From a virus, in IMG/VR virus record IMGVR_UViG_3300034346_000019, positions 1 through 52,767 of that record: a DNA stretch of 52,767 bases; one strand, written 5' to 3'. This document shows, piece by piece, positions 19,900 through 28,317 of this stretch. The first letter of the stretch is position 1, and every line of letters starts with the position of its first letter. The translations under genes and the position numbers were made by a program. The notes under the pieces are model-generated. The model worked only from the letters and a program-made list of their open reading frames with translations. It made no database searches and was not told the origin of the DNA.

Positions 19900-20034
19900 A
19901 TGACAGAAGAACAAGAAAAAATGTTGATTGAAGTTCACCAAATGTTGGGAGAATTTAAATCTGATTACAAAGAATTTAAAAGCACAACAGGGTTTGATCC
20001 TTCAGACAAAGGAGGTTGTCCGAAATTATCATGA
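19900..20034 (+). CDS. Hypothetical small protein (44 aa)
   Basis: ATG 3 nt after the upstream stop; ATGA overlap with the next ORF. Confidence 0.35.
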   Translation: MTEEQEKMLIEVHQMLGEFKSDYKEFKSTTGFDPSDKGGCPKLS

Positions 20035-20444
20035 AAAAGCTAAAACACATATTAAGCTATCCTTTAATAAAAATATTTAAGCACGACTTAGTTTTAAAAA
20101 TAACAGTAAGATCAATATTTATTTTGTTTGTTATTTTCTCGTTCGCTTGGGTTTCAGAGCGTTGTTTTAATAATTTACACAAGTCTCTTGAAGCATACAT
20201 TTATTTTGTTTTAAATACGATATATCTAATTATCGCACTATTGCCGTTAGGTTATTTTATTTCAAAATACAAGTTTTGCGTAACGACGTTGGTTAGTTTT
20301 TATATGATAATATTTTTACGTGTTTTTTGGATGATAAACAAGTACATAATAAAAGTGCCAAATTATGAAGATGTAAATATAGTATTTATCCTTTTCGCGT
20401 GGCTAGTAATAATTTATGATCGTTACAAAAGTATAAGAAAATAG
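20031..20444 (+). CDS. Polytopic membrane protein (about 137 aa)
   Basis: ATG 20031 preferred over TTG 20016; 4 hydrophobic helices. Confidence 0.6.
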   Translation: MKKLKHILSYPLIKIFKHDLVLKITVRSIFILFVIFSFAWVSERCFNNLHKSLEAYIYFVLNTIYLIIALLPLGYFISKYKFCVTTLVSFYMIIFLRVFWMINKYIIKVPNYEDVNIVFILFAWLVIIYDRYKSIRK

Positions 20445-20485
20445 AATAGTATTAATCCCCCTAAACAAACAGTATTGCATGAAAA

Positions 20486-20995
20486 ATGAAAATTAAAGAA
20501 ATAAAAATGAATCAATATTTAGAAATGATTTCAGACCCCAAAAACTTTGCTTATGTAATTGCCGCATATCTGAGTATTGACGTGGAACTGTTCGGGATTC
20601 TCCTTACAATACTATTTATTAATAGTGTATTTGGAGCAATAAGAGAGGTTAGGTTTGGTGTTGACTTTAGCAAGAAAAAATTCCTTTGGGGCTGGGCTTT
20701 AAAGCATGACGTATTAATAATTCTCTTAGCGGTTTTTGTACTAGGAAAAGCAGCGGGAAAAGATTTTTCAATTGGTGTAGATGCTATGTTGAGAATTTTA
20801 ATCGTAGCAGAAATATACTCAATCCTTGGAAACTTCTATATGATTAGAACAAAAAAGAAAGTCAAGAAATTCGACATAGTAACTTTTCTTATAAAGCTAT
20901 TGCGTAATAAGATTGAGTTCTACCTAAGAAGGTTTAAAATAGTAATTGAGTCAAAAGGTGATTGCGAGATGAACAATAAAGATAAAGAGATATGA
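20486..20995 (+). CDS. Holin (phage_holin_4 / LL-H-type family, putative)
   Basis: 3-4 TM helices, FSKKKF..G..K and VAEIYSILGN motifs like family-4 holins; immediately upstream of the endolysin with an ATGA overlap. Confidence 0.65.
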   Translation: MKIKEIKMNQYLEMISDPKNFAYVIAAYLSIDVELFGILLTILFINSVFGAIREVRFGVDFSKKKFLWGWALKHDVLIILLAVFVLGKAAGKDFSIGVDAMLRILIVAEIYSILGNFYMIRTKKKVKKFDIVTFLIKLLRNKIEFYLRRFKIVIESKGDCEMNNKDKEI

Positions 20996-21411
20996 ATACA
21001 GATATTATAGAAAACGCCTTAAATGAAATAGGAAAAAAAGAGATAGTAGGAAGTAAGCACAATCCAAGAGTTTTAGAGTATTTCAAAACAGTAGGGCATT
21101 CGTGGGTTAAAAATGATGAAACCGCGTGGTGCGCTGCTTTTGTAGGATATGTTTTAGAAAGATCAGGATATAGCTCTACAAGAAAGCTAAACGCTAGATC
21201 ATACATAAACTACGGAGAAAGCACGAAAGACCCGCAAAAAGGGGATATAGTAGTATTTTGGCGTAATGGTCGTAATTCTGCTTACGGACACGTTGCGTTC
21301 TTTGTTAGACAGACTAAAAATTGGATTTGGGTGCTAGGAGGTAATCAAAACAATGAGGTGAATATATCTAAATATCACAAATCAAGATTATTAGATTTTA
21401 GAACATTTTAA
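20992..21411 (+). CDS. Endolysin, NlpC/P60-CHAP-type peptidoglycan hydrolase (TIGR02594-like)
   Basis: ETAWCAAFVGYV (catalytic Cys) and GHVAFFV (His) motifs; follows the holin. Confidence 0.8.
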   Translation: MNTDIIENALNEIGKKEIVGSKHNPRVLEYFKTVGHSWVKNDETAWCAAFVGYVLERSGYSSTRKLNARSYINYGESTKDPQKGDIVVFWRNGRNSAYGHVAFFVRQTKNWIWVLGGNQNNEVNISKYHKSRLLDFRTF

Positions 21412-21414
21412 GTT

Positions 21415-21639
21415 ATGAAAACATTTATTGCGGTATTATTATTCACGCTAACATGCACAGCTCAAAAAGTAATTGTATTAGATTCTGTGTGTAAAATAAT
21501 TAAGTTTGATGTTAAAGCTAAGAATATTGAGAAAACATTAGACTCTTTGAAAGGTCGTAAGTTTTATATTATTAGAAATATTCGAGGGAAAGAATATGAA
21601 TGTTTGTTTATTCGGGAAAAGGAATTGAATATTATTTAA
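21415..21639 (+). CDS. Small secreted protein or lipoprotein (74 aa), possible lysis accessory
   Basis: Signal peptide MKTFIAVLLFTLTCTAQ; last gene of the lysis cassette. Confidence 0.55.
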   Translation: MKTFIAVLLFTLTCTAQKVIVLDSVCKIIKFDVKAKNIEKTLDSLKGRKFYIIRNIRGKEYECLFIREKELNII

Positions 21640-21901
21640 GCAAGTTCCATTTTTCTCTAATTACACTTAGTTTGTCTCGTAACTCAAACCTAGTTAATTT
21701 ATGACTATGCGAGTATAGCGCAGCGTTCTCTATTTCTAAAGTAATATTTCTCACATCATTATTAGAATAGGTGTAGTTTTCTTTTCGATATTCCTCCATA
21801 ACATTAGCTATTTCGTTTAAATCAAACTTACTTAGCAATGTTATTTCTTTTTGCTTTTTTGCTTTTAAAAAATCTAAAGCATTTATTTGCTTTAATCCCA
21901 T
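21632..21901 (-). CDS. Hypothetical protein (89 aa)
   Basis: Last ORF of the leftward operon. Confidence 0.55.
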   Translation of the reverse strand: MGLKQINALDFLKAKKQKEITLLSKFDLNEIANVMEEYRKENYTYSNNDVRNITLEIENAALYSHSHKLTRFELRDKLSVIREKWNLLK

Positions 21902-21920
21902 AATCTAAAGTATTAGTTTT

Positions 21921-22124
21921 CTAAATTTGATTATTTAATTCCTCATACCAAGCAATCGACTGCCTAATAGCTTCTGCTTGATAATAATTATCAGGTTCAT
22001 CTTTTTGGATTAAAGCTTTTTCAACCTGTTTTAAGGTGTCAATACTTTCTTCTCCGTCAATTAACTTTTGACACATTTTTTGTTTTACGTTATCGATCTT
22101 AGCTAATATATAATTACTTGTCAT
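21921..22124 (-). CDS. Hypothetical protein (67 aa)
   Basis: Co-oriented leftward ORF. Confidence 0.5.
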   Translation of the reverse strand: MTSNYILAKIDNVKQKMCQKLIDGEESIDTLKQVEKALIQKDEPDNYYQAEAIRQSIAWYEELNNQI

Positions 22125-22128
22125 AATT

Positions 22129-22326
22129 TTAGTTTAATTCATTAACAGTTAACTGATTCAATATATTTTCAAGTATAGTTTTTTCGGATTTCATTTTGTT
22201 TAATTCCTTTGTGTAAAAATTAACTTCATTAGGTGTCGTGTAATTACTTTTATTACTTTCTAAAGTGTAAATCTTACCTTCTAGTTCTCCACCCTTTTCA
22301 GATAGGTAATTTAATTCTTTTTCCAT
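22129..22326 (-). CDS. Hypothetical coiled-coil protein (65 aa)
   Basis: Co-oriented leftward ORF. Confidence 0.5.
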   Translation of the reverse strand: MEKELNYLSEKGGELEGKIYTLESNKSNYTTPNEVNFYTKELNKMKSEKTILENILNQLTVNELN

Positions 22327-22345
22327 TGTTATTTAGTTTTGTTGT

Positions 22346-22735
22346 TTAGTCTAAAAATGTAGGTATTTTTATAAAATTATCACTTTCTAACATAGAATAA
22401 GGAGATGAGTCCATTTCATTTATCAAACTTTTAAATCTCGGATTTTCATATACTTTAGGTAGTTTTGAGAATACCTTCATCACAATACTTTCATAAGAAT
22501 ACTTGTAAATAAAATAACATTCTTTTTTAGGAACTATAACCTGATAACCACCGTTAACACCTCTTTTTAGTAACTGCTTAAAAACCTCAGTTTTAATCCT
22601 GTTAGCATACACTCTGAGTTGAGTACTTGAAATAATATCTTCTTCTTTAAGTAAGTTTAAAAAATCATTAAGGCATACATAAGCTTGCCTTTCTGATTCG
22701 TCACTTATATATCTTATTTTACTTTGTGTATTCAT
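22346..22735 (-). CDS. Hypothetical protein (129 aa)
   Basis: Co-oriented leftward ORF. Confidence 0.6.
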   Translation of the reverse strand: MNTQSKIRYISDESERQAYVCLNDFLNLLKEEDIISSTQLRVYANRIKTEVFKQLLKRGVNGGYQVIVPKKECYFIYKYSYESIVMKVFSKLPKVYENPRFKSLINEMDSSPYSMLESDNFIKIPTFLD

Positions 22736-22785
22736 AACTATTTGCTTTAATTATAATTTATCTTTTTTACGGGTTACTAGTCCCT

Positions 22786-23070
22786 TTATTCCACTAAAAC
22801 TAAACAAATTTCAATCCCATCAGGTTTTATATACAAGTCATAGACTACAAATAAAGGACTATCTAGTTCAAGAAATCGCTTCTGATCTGTATTAAATCCA
22901 AGTACTTCTGTAAATAAACAAAGATCAACCTTCATTCCTTTTGTCGGTAAAAAAGGTAATTCAAACACCGTATTATTTATTTTATTTTGTATACTTTTAC
23001 CTATTAATATTTCACTTTCAGGAAAGTGATCTTCAGTTATATTTTCATCTAAATAAAATGATACTTTCAT
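22786..23070 (-). CDS. Hypothetical protein (94 aa)
   Basis: Co-oriented leftward ORF. Confidence 0.55.
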   Translation of the reverse strand: MKVSFYLDENITEDHFPESEILIGKSIQNKINNTVFELPFLPTKGMKVDLCLFTEVLGFNTDQKRFLELDSPLFVVYDLYIKPDGIEICLVLVE

Positions 23071-23102
23071 AATTATACTTTTTAGTTATTGATTAATTAA
23101 GA

Positions 23103-23255
23103 CTATAATTCGTCAGGAAAGACCCAGTGCCCGTTAACTATATCTGTAATCATATTTACAGTTTCATCTAAAACCTCTCCAGCTATTGGTGCTTCCCCTA
23201 AACCCATATCTGAAATATGGTTTAAATACATTTTTCTAACTTCTATTTTTGTCAT
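23103..23255 (-). CDS. Hypothetical small protein (50 aa)
   Basis: ATG 23255 to TAG 23103, 51 codons; fills a gap after the XRE gene. Confidence 0.4.
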   Translation of the reverse strand: MTKIEVRKMYLNHISDMGLGEAPIAGEVLDETVNMITDIVNGHWVFPDEL

Positions 23256-23262
23256 AATTTTA

Positions 23263-23544
23263 TCATTCACATTTAGGAAGTATACCCTTCCATTGTTTTT
23301 TATCGTTGTATATGTGATCGAATTTGTCGCTTAGCTCTATTAATTCGTGAGGCTCTACATTTAAAAAATCAGCTATTATTTTAAGCTTACTTAATGAAGG
23401 AATTGTTTTTCCTGTCACCCAATCACTTACCGTAGTTTCTCTTTTTGTTTCAAGGAAAGAAGCAAGGTCTTTGCCTTTTACTCCTTTCGCTTCCATAACT
23501 TCCCTTAATCGTAATTTTATATTTTGCTCTTTTTTATCTCCCAT
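23263..23544 (-). CDS. XRE-family helix-turn-helix transcriptional regulator (Cro/CI-type)
   Basis: LRLREVMEAKGVKGKDLASFLETKRETTVSDWVTGKTIPSLSKLKIIADFLNV is a classic HTH_XRE. Confidence 0.8.
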   Translation of the reverse strand: MGDKKEQNIKLRLREVMEAKGVKGKDLASFLETKRETTVSDWVTGKTIPSLSKLKIIADFLNVEPHELIELSDKFDHIYNDKKQWKGILPKCE

Positions 23545-23579
23545 TCTACAAATGTAGTATTTTTTGATTGTGAGTTTAT

Positions 23580-23978
23580 TTATAGCGTGTTTTTATCTAC
23601 TGCTAATCCTTTTTCGATTAATCCAAAAACGTCAAAGTGATTTTCTAATAAAACCTCAAATAATTGGTAGCTTAAAAGAGATACATCACCACTTAATTCT
23701 AATAATTGTATTTGTATTGTTTTAGAGTCGACACTGTTCCAATTCTTTAATTTAGATAAAGGTTTTAATAATGGCTTAAATTCCGTTTCATTAGGTTCTG
23801 CTAAATAGACATCTGTAGCATCAGAGAATGTAATTACTTGATCTGCGAAACACACCGTTTCTATTCTTTCATTTAGCCAATGCTCATTATATTCATGATC
23901 TGATACATTACCCTTTAAATTATAAGGTAGATAAGGCGCAAGGTGTTTTAATTCTAGTTTATTCATAATTTTTAGCAT
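23580..23978 (-). CDS. Hypothetical protein (132 aa); paralogous to the C-terminal part of the 47799..48413 product
   Basis: Shared KPLLKPLSKL / KPILRPLSDL and HFDVFGLIEKGLAVDKNTL / HFDLDDLIEENLAIDINTL. Confidence 0.6.
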   Translation of the reverse strand: MLKIMNKLELKHLAPYLPYNLKGNVSDHEYNEHWLNERIETVCFADQVITFSDATDVYLAEPNETEFKPLLKPLSKLKNWNSVDSKTIQIQLLELSGDVSLLSYQLFEVLLENHFDVFGLIEKGLAVDKNTL

Positions 23979-23988
23979 TAATTCTCTA

Positions 23989-23996
23989 CAAATATA
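23989..23996 (-). promoter_or_regulatory. -7 box TATATTTG (minus strand) for the leftward XRE-led operon
   Basis: Exact match to the Bacteroidota TAnnTTTG -7 element, 11 nt upstream of ATG 23978; no good -33 TTTG. Confidence 0.45.
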
Positions 23997-24036
23997 AACA
24001 ATTTATCATAAATAACACTAAATAAGTTATTTTTAT

Positions 24037-24067
24037 TTTGTTTATAACGTTTTATATGCTATATTTG
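24037..24067 (+). promoter_or_regulatory. Bacteroidota sigma-A-type promoter TTTG-N19-TATATTTG for the rightward operon
   Basis: TTTG 24037..24040, 19-nt spacer, TATATTTG 24060..24067; divergent from the leftward operon. Confidence 0.6.
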
Positions 24068-24148
24068 CATAGCAATAAACTACTAAAACCTATTACGTAA
24101 ACTAAAATAAAGCGTTCTAAGGGTGCTTAATTAAAAACTGATAGACAC

Positions 24149-24340
24149 ATGACAGAAGTCGGCAAAATAACAATAAACGCAACAGAAGAAGAAAGGCTTA
24201 ACAACGAGATGGAAAATGAAATTCAAGATCAAAAAGAACATCTTAAAAAATACACTAAAAACATAACTAGCCTTTTAGGAAAGAAGCGGTCAAAAGAGGT
24301 TAAAAAAGCTATGATAAGCTACTTAGTGGAGAACCTTTAA
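24149..24340 (+). CDS. Hypothetical protein (63 aa)
   Basis: First ORF downstream of the promoter. Confidence 0.5.
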   Translation: MTEVGKITINATEEERLNNEMENEIQDQKEHLKKYTKNITSLLGKKRSKEVKKAMISYLVENL

Positions 24341-24481
24341 AAACTAATACAGGTAGTGCGATGAAAAACGGAGATAACCCTTTCGTATGGAAAACAACTG
24401 TAATAATCTGCAAAAGATGGTTTAAAAGCCAAGTGAAGCACTACTTGTATTTATTGTAACGTACTTAAAAACTAAAACATT

Positions 24482-24661
24482 ATGGAAAAATTAAACATTG
24501 TTAAGCAATTTATTATTGAAGCATCTAAAAATTTAGAAATAGAATCCAATGAAATAACATTAGCATTAAGTGATGATAAAAAGACTATAGATATATATGA
24601 CGATCATTGGAATCTACTAGAATCAATTGAATTAGAAACATCTACAAAAACTAAAAACTAA
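24482..24661 (+). CDS. Hypothetical small protein (59 aa)
   Basis: ATG preceded by AAAAACTAAAAC; the stop lies inside a second copy of the motif. Confidence 0.45.
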   Translation: MEKLNIVKQFIIEASKNLEIESNEITLALSDDKKTIDIYDDHWNLLESIELETSTKTKN

Positions 24662-24665
24662 AACA

Positions 24666-25070
24666 ATGAGAGAAATAAAATTTAGAGGCTATCAACCTCA
24701 ATTAAAAAAATGGGTTTATGGAAATTTAATATCTAAACCAAACGGGGCAACTTTCATTTTTGATTATAAAGATAATTTCGAGGATCGAATAGAAGTAGAC
24801 CCCGAAACAGTAGGGCAATTTACAGGACAATCTGACAAGAACAAAAAAGACATTTACGAACACGACAAAGTAAGTGATGGTAAATTTATTTACAAAGTAG
24901 CTTGGGATAGAAACAACACACGTTTTTATCTTGAAGCAATAAACGTTATAAACTCAGAGTCTATTTTAGATGTTTTTTTAGGTATAGAAAACCATCCATT
25001 GGGTAATGGTTATTTCAGTCGAAAAGATTTAGAAATAGTTGGAAACATTCACGAAAAAACAACAGTATGA
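24666..25070 (+). CDS. YopX-family protein
   Basis: MREIKFRGY..., VGQFTGQSDKNKKDIYEHD, LEIVGNIHE are the canonical YopX motifs. Confidence 0.8.
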   Translation: MREIKFRGYQPQLKKWVYGNLISKPNGATFIFDYKDNFEDRIEVDPETVGQFTGQSDKNKKDIYEHDKVSDGKFIYKVAWDRNNTRFYLEAINVINSESILDVFLGIENHPLGNGYFSRKDLEIVGNIHEKTTV

Positions 25071-25426
25071 TAGAGTATTTAAAACCCATGAAAAGAACTG
25101 TTTCTTCGCAAAAAGAAGAAGATTTGATTGATTACATAATTAAAAATATTGAATCAAGAAAAACCAAAATAATTGACGACTTATATAATAAAATAGGACG
25201 ATTGCAATACGAAATTAATTGCTTAGGACTTGACAAGGAAGAATTGACAGGTGTTAGTATTAGAATAGAAGAATTAAAAGCCTTAGTTAAAAATATTGAG
25301 GTTGTACATTGCTGTAAAAGCGATAGCGAGCTGTTAAATGGTTTTTTAGAGTTTGCAAAAACATACGAAAATGATGGTTATTCTTTAAGTTACTTAAAAG
25401 AAATGTATGATAAAACACGCAATTAA
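25067..25426 (+). CDS. Hypothetical protein (119 aa)
   Basis: ATGA overlap with the upstream gene. Confidence 0.55.
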   Translation: MIEYLKPMKRTVSSQKEEDLIDYIIKNIESRKTKIIDDLYNKIGRLQYEINCLGLDKEELTGVSIRIEELKALVKNIEVVHCCKSDSELLNGFLEFAKTYENDGYSLSYLKEMYDKTRN

Positions 25427-25438
25427 AAATCATGGTAT

Positions 25439-25603
25439 ATGAAACAAGAAATTCTAAAAAAACACGGTATTGAAAATCCAAGCAAAGAACTGTTGTTAGC
25501 TATGGATAAGTATGCAGTTGCAAAAGTAAGTCAAGAGCTTAAAAGAGTTAGGAAAAGGAAATATTTGGAATTAAATTTAAAAAACGGTTACGATGAAAAA
25601 TAA
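25439..25603 (+). CDS. Hypothetical small protein (54 aa)
   Basis: ATG 25439 to TAA 25603; overlaps the next start. Confidence 0.4.
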   Translation: MKQEILKKHGIENPSKELLLAMDKYAVAKVSQELKRVRKRKYLELNLKNGYDEK

Positions 25604-25970
25604 AATACTACTCTACACTATAGGCGCGCTAATCACTTTATTTATAGGATCACAAATATACAACACCTATACAATAAATAGCCTTAAATCAAAGATAAGC
25701 GATATATACGACAATCAAATAGATAACCTAAAAACACAAGTAGTTAATCTACAGACAAAAAAAGACAGCTTACAAAGTAAAGTAGTTGCAAATGAAAAAA
25801 TTATCGACTCTTTAGAAGTCTACGGAATACAGTTAATAACAAAAAGAAACACGAATGAAAGCTACTACAATAAAAAGATTGCTAACGTTAATACTAGTTC
25901 TAACGACAGTATTAGAATGTTTTTGTCAAACTATAAGTATTCCGCAGAAGCAAGCAAAGGAAATAACTAA
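25593..25970 (+). CDS. N-terminally anchored coiled-coil membrane protein (i-spanin-like architecture)
   Basis: TM ILLYTIGALITLFIGSQIY followed by heptad-like LKSKISDIYDNQIDNLKTQVVNLQTKKDSLQSK. Confidence 0.55.
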   Translation: MKNKILLYTIGALITLFIGSQIYNTYTINSLKSKISDIYDNQIDNLKTQVVNLQTKKDSLQSKVVANEKIIDSLEVYGIQLITKRNTNESYYNKKIANVNTSSNDSIRMFLSNYKYSAEASKGNN

Positions 25971-26250
25971 AGGTTTGATAAATGGTCAAAAACTGACCAA
26001 AGAAAATAAAATATTGAAATTGGAAATAATAAACTACAAAGGTATAATTATACGGAAAGACTCAATAATTACAGATATAAAACTTCAGTTGAATTATTCA
26101 GAATCTCAATTATTTTTAACCAACGAACAATTAAGGCTTACCAATGAAAAGTTCAAACTTCAAAAAAGCAACACAGGATTAAAAAATACCATTTGGGGTA
26201 TTGGCGGCAGTCTAGTTGGTTTAATTGCGGGGATATTGTTAATTAATTAA
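25855..26250 (+). CDS. Protein with N-terminal signal/lipobox-like peptide and C-terminal TM (u-spanin-like architecture)
   Basis: MKATTIKRLLTLILVLTTVLECFCQ ... IWGIGGSLVGLIAGILLIN; overlaps the upstream ORF by 116 nt in another frame. Confidence 0.55.
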   Translation: MKATTIKRLLTLILVLTTVLECFCQTISIPQKQAKEITKGLINGQKLTKENKILKLEIINYKGIIIRKDSIITDIKLQLNYSESQLFLTNEQLRLTNEKFKLQKSNTGLKNTIWGIGGSLVGLIAGILLIN

Positions 26251-26258
26251 AGTTAAAA

Positions 26259-26486
26259 ATGAATTTCAGATTTAGAAAATACAAACAAGGTTGGATAGTA
26301 GAGCGAGAACAAAAGTATTTCTTCGGTTTTCGTTCTAAATGGGTACATATAGCTCATTGGTCTGGCTTGGGTGATTATCCATATTATTCAAAAACCCAAG
26401 AAGGCGCAAGAGATCAAGCAGTGAGTGAGATTAGAACACAAATTAATCATTCTTTTTTCAGAGATACACCGCATGAAGTGGATTGA
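26259..26486 (+). CDS. Hypothetical protein (75 aa)
   Basis: Co-oriented ORF. Confidence 0.5.
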   Translation: MNFRFRKYKQGWIVEREQKYFFGFRSKWVHIAHWSGLGDYPYYSKTQEGARDQAVSEIRTQINHSFFRDTPHEVD

Positions 26487-26572
26487 AATAATATTAACGG
26501 TTGAGATATGAATAGTAAACCCCTTTTTGAGCGTGGGGGATTGTACGCTCTTAACTTAATAAATATATAAAA

Positions 26573-26989
26573 ATGAGTGATTTTAAATGGTTTTTATCAA
26601 TTGCAACCTTAGTAATAGCAATTGCACTTGGATTAATGTTTGGACTTCCCAAATACAATGTATGGCGTTCGCAAATTGCAATTGAAAAAGCCCAAAATTA
26701 CGGTAAGGCTGAAATGGCACAGGCTGAACAAAACCGTATGATTTTAATTGAAGAAGCTAAGGCAAATCTTGAAGCGCAAAAGCTAAATAGTGAAAGTGAA
26801 GTAGAGCGAGCAAAAGGCATGGCACAAGCGATTGAGATTGAAGATGGTAAACTTACAGCACAGTACATTCACTATTTATGGGTAAGGAACATTGATAAAA
26901 TGGATGGCGAAAAGATTTATATACCAACGGAAGCCAATTTACCTGTGTTAGAAGCACAAAGTAGAATTTCTATATCTAAAGGCGAATAG
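26573..26989 (+). CDS. Membrane-anchored SPFH/band-7-like protein (short)
   Basis: N-terminal TM, Ala/Glu-rich helix, C-terminal ...YIHYLWVRNIDKMDGEKIYIPTEANLPVLE resembles HflC/prohibitin C-termini; weak call. Confidence 0.5.
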   Translation: MSDFKWFLSIATLVIAIALGLMFGLPKYNVWRSQIAIEKAQNYGKAEMAQAEQNRMILIEEAKANLEAQKLNSESEVERAKGMAQAIEIEDGKLTAQYIHYLWVRNIDKMDGEKIYIPTEANLPVLEAQSRISISKGE

Positions 26990-27033
26990 AAGCACGAAGC
27001 GATCGGTGGCAAGGGGTTTATTATTTATATTTC

Positions 27034-27066
27034 TTGTTACCATTTCGTTTTAATGAATGGTAACAA
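27034..27066 (+). terminator. Hairpin (11-bp stem TTGTTACCATT/AATGGTAACAA) after 26573..26989
   Basis: Perfect inverted repeat read in sequence; no clear T-run. Confidence 0.4.
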
Positions 27067-27070
27067 ATAA

Positions 27071-27097
27071 ATATACGGAAGTTTTAAAAAACGAATA
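27071..27097 (+). repeat. Copy A of the ATATACGGAAGTTTTAAAA(AA)CGAATA intergenic element
   Basis: 27 nt vs 25 nt, identical apart from a 2-nt A-run length difference with the reverse complement of 29779..29803; ends 3 nt before ATG 27101. Confidence 0.85.
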
Positions 27098-27100
27098 ACT

Positions 27101-27298
27101 ATGATAAATCTAAATAATGGAGAATCAAGAATACAAATGAGTAAAGATACTATTACAATTAATGGCAATACGTATCCTAAGCCATCAAAAGGAAATAATA
27201 TAACGCAAGTAAACGAAAAGATATTTATTAACGGTTATCAGTTTAAAAATGGAAAATTTAAAAGAACCATTTTATCTATGTGGTATTATTATTTCTAA
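27101..27298 (+). CDS. Hypothetical protein (65 aa)
   Basis: ORF bracketed by repeat element A and a hairpin. Confidence 0.5.
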   Translation: MINLNNGESRIQMSKDTITINGNTYPKPSKGNNITQVNEKIFINGYQFKNGKFKRTILSMWYYYF

Positions 27299-27332
27299 GA
27301 ACTTACGGGAAGCTGAAAACGACAGAGTAGGC

Positions 27333-27352
27333 AATAACTAGGGTTAGTTATT
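27333..27352 (+). terminator. Hairpin AATAACTA-GGGT-TAGTTATT followed by a T-rich tail
   Basis: 8-bp perfect stem, then TTATATT. Confidence 0.45.
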
Positions 27353-27493
27353 TTATATTCTCAAAAAGGGTACTATTGGCGAATAGTGAGACGGAAGAAA
27401 ACTCTTTTTTTTATTAAAAAAAAACACTTTCCTTGTGGAAATCCACGTGCATTTAATAAATAGATTCAAGATATTTGTATAAAACCAAACAAC

Positions 27494-27829
27494 ATGAAAG
27501 TAAAATATAAAGGTAGATCAAATTCGAGTTTAACTAAAGGAAATGATTATGCCGTAACCAAAACTACAAACGAAAGATTCCATATAATTAACGATCAAGG
27601 AAAAGAGAAGTACTATAATAATAAGAACATAAACTTTGAAAAGATAATCGACATAAGTAGTCTACCAGAATTAGAAAAAGTAGAAGTGTTTGCAGATCAG
27701 TTTTTAAAAATTCACAACATTAAAAATGTTTTCGTAGAACAAAACGACGGACAAGAAATAATTATCACACATTTCATGTTTGAATTTTACAAGCATTGCA
27801 AATTGGAATTAGATAAAATAAACAAGTAA
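27494..27829 (+). CDS. Hypothetical protein (111 aa)
   Basis: ORF preceded by a near-consensus -7 box GATATTTG. Confidence 0.55.
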   Translation: MKVKYKGRSNSSLTKGNDYAVTKTTNERFHIINDQGKEKYYNNKNINFEKIIDISSLPELEKVEVFADQFLKIHNIKNVFVEQNDGQEIIITHFMFEFYKHCKLELDKINK

Positions 27830-27839
27830 ATTATATAAT

Positions 27840-28076
27840 ATGAAAGATACAAAATCAACATTATTAGTTCCATTTTTAGACGAAACAGAGAGTTTTACGC
27901 TAGGTTTTGAATGCGGTATAATTTGGAGCAAATTAGAAAAAGAAGAGGAGATAACAAATCAATTAATCCATTTAAAAAACAAAGAGCAAATAATGCTATT
28001 ATGCGCTAACTTTTCGCTTTTCGCTAATGTAGAGAGGTATTGCGATGAATGGGGGTATTTATCCGTAAAGAAATAA
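27840..28076 (+). CDS. Hypothetical protein (78 aa)
   Basis: Co-oriented ORF. Confidence 0.5.
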   Translation: MKDTKSTLLVPFLDETESFTLGFECGIIWSKLEKEEEITNQLIHLKNKEQIMLLCANFSLFANVERYCDEWGYLSVKK

Positions 28077-28102
28077 GGGCTAATGAATTAAATTCTAAAG
28101 CA

Positions 28103-28140
28103 CAAAAAAGCAGCGAAACTAAAAAAACGCTGCTTTTTCT
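28103..28140. terminator. Bidirectional rho-independent terminator between convergent genes
   Basis: A6-GCAGCG-loop-CGCTGC-T5 between 27840..28076 (+) and int (-). Confidence 0.7.
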
Positions 28141-28317
28141 TTTATTAACCAATCAATAATTAATCCTATGAGGGTAACTAACCCTTTATGTAAACTATAG
28201 TGTAAATATAAGATTAATTTTCTAATAAAAAACGATTATACAGGATAAAAAACTATTAATTGATTAAAATTCAGGGTATTTTTTTATAATTACAGTTTTA
28301 TATAGTCAATAAGAATA

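Noticed and set aside
27405-27424. T8-ATT-A9 homopolymer palindrome between 27298 and 27494
   Set aside because: A pure A/T hairpin is too weak to call as a terminator. It is probably just AT-rich spacer or bent DNA and has no supporting context.
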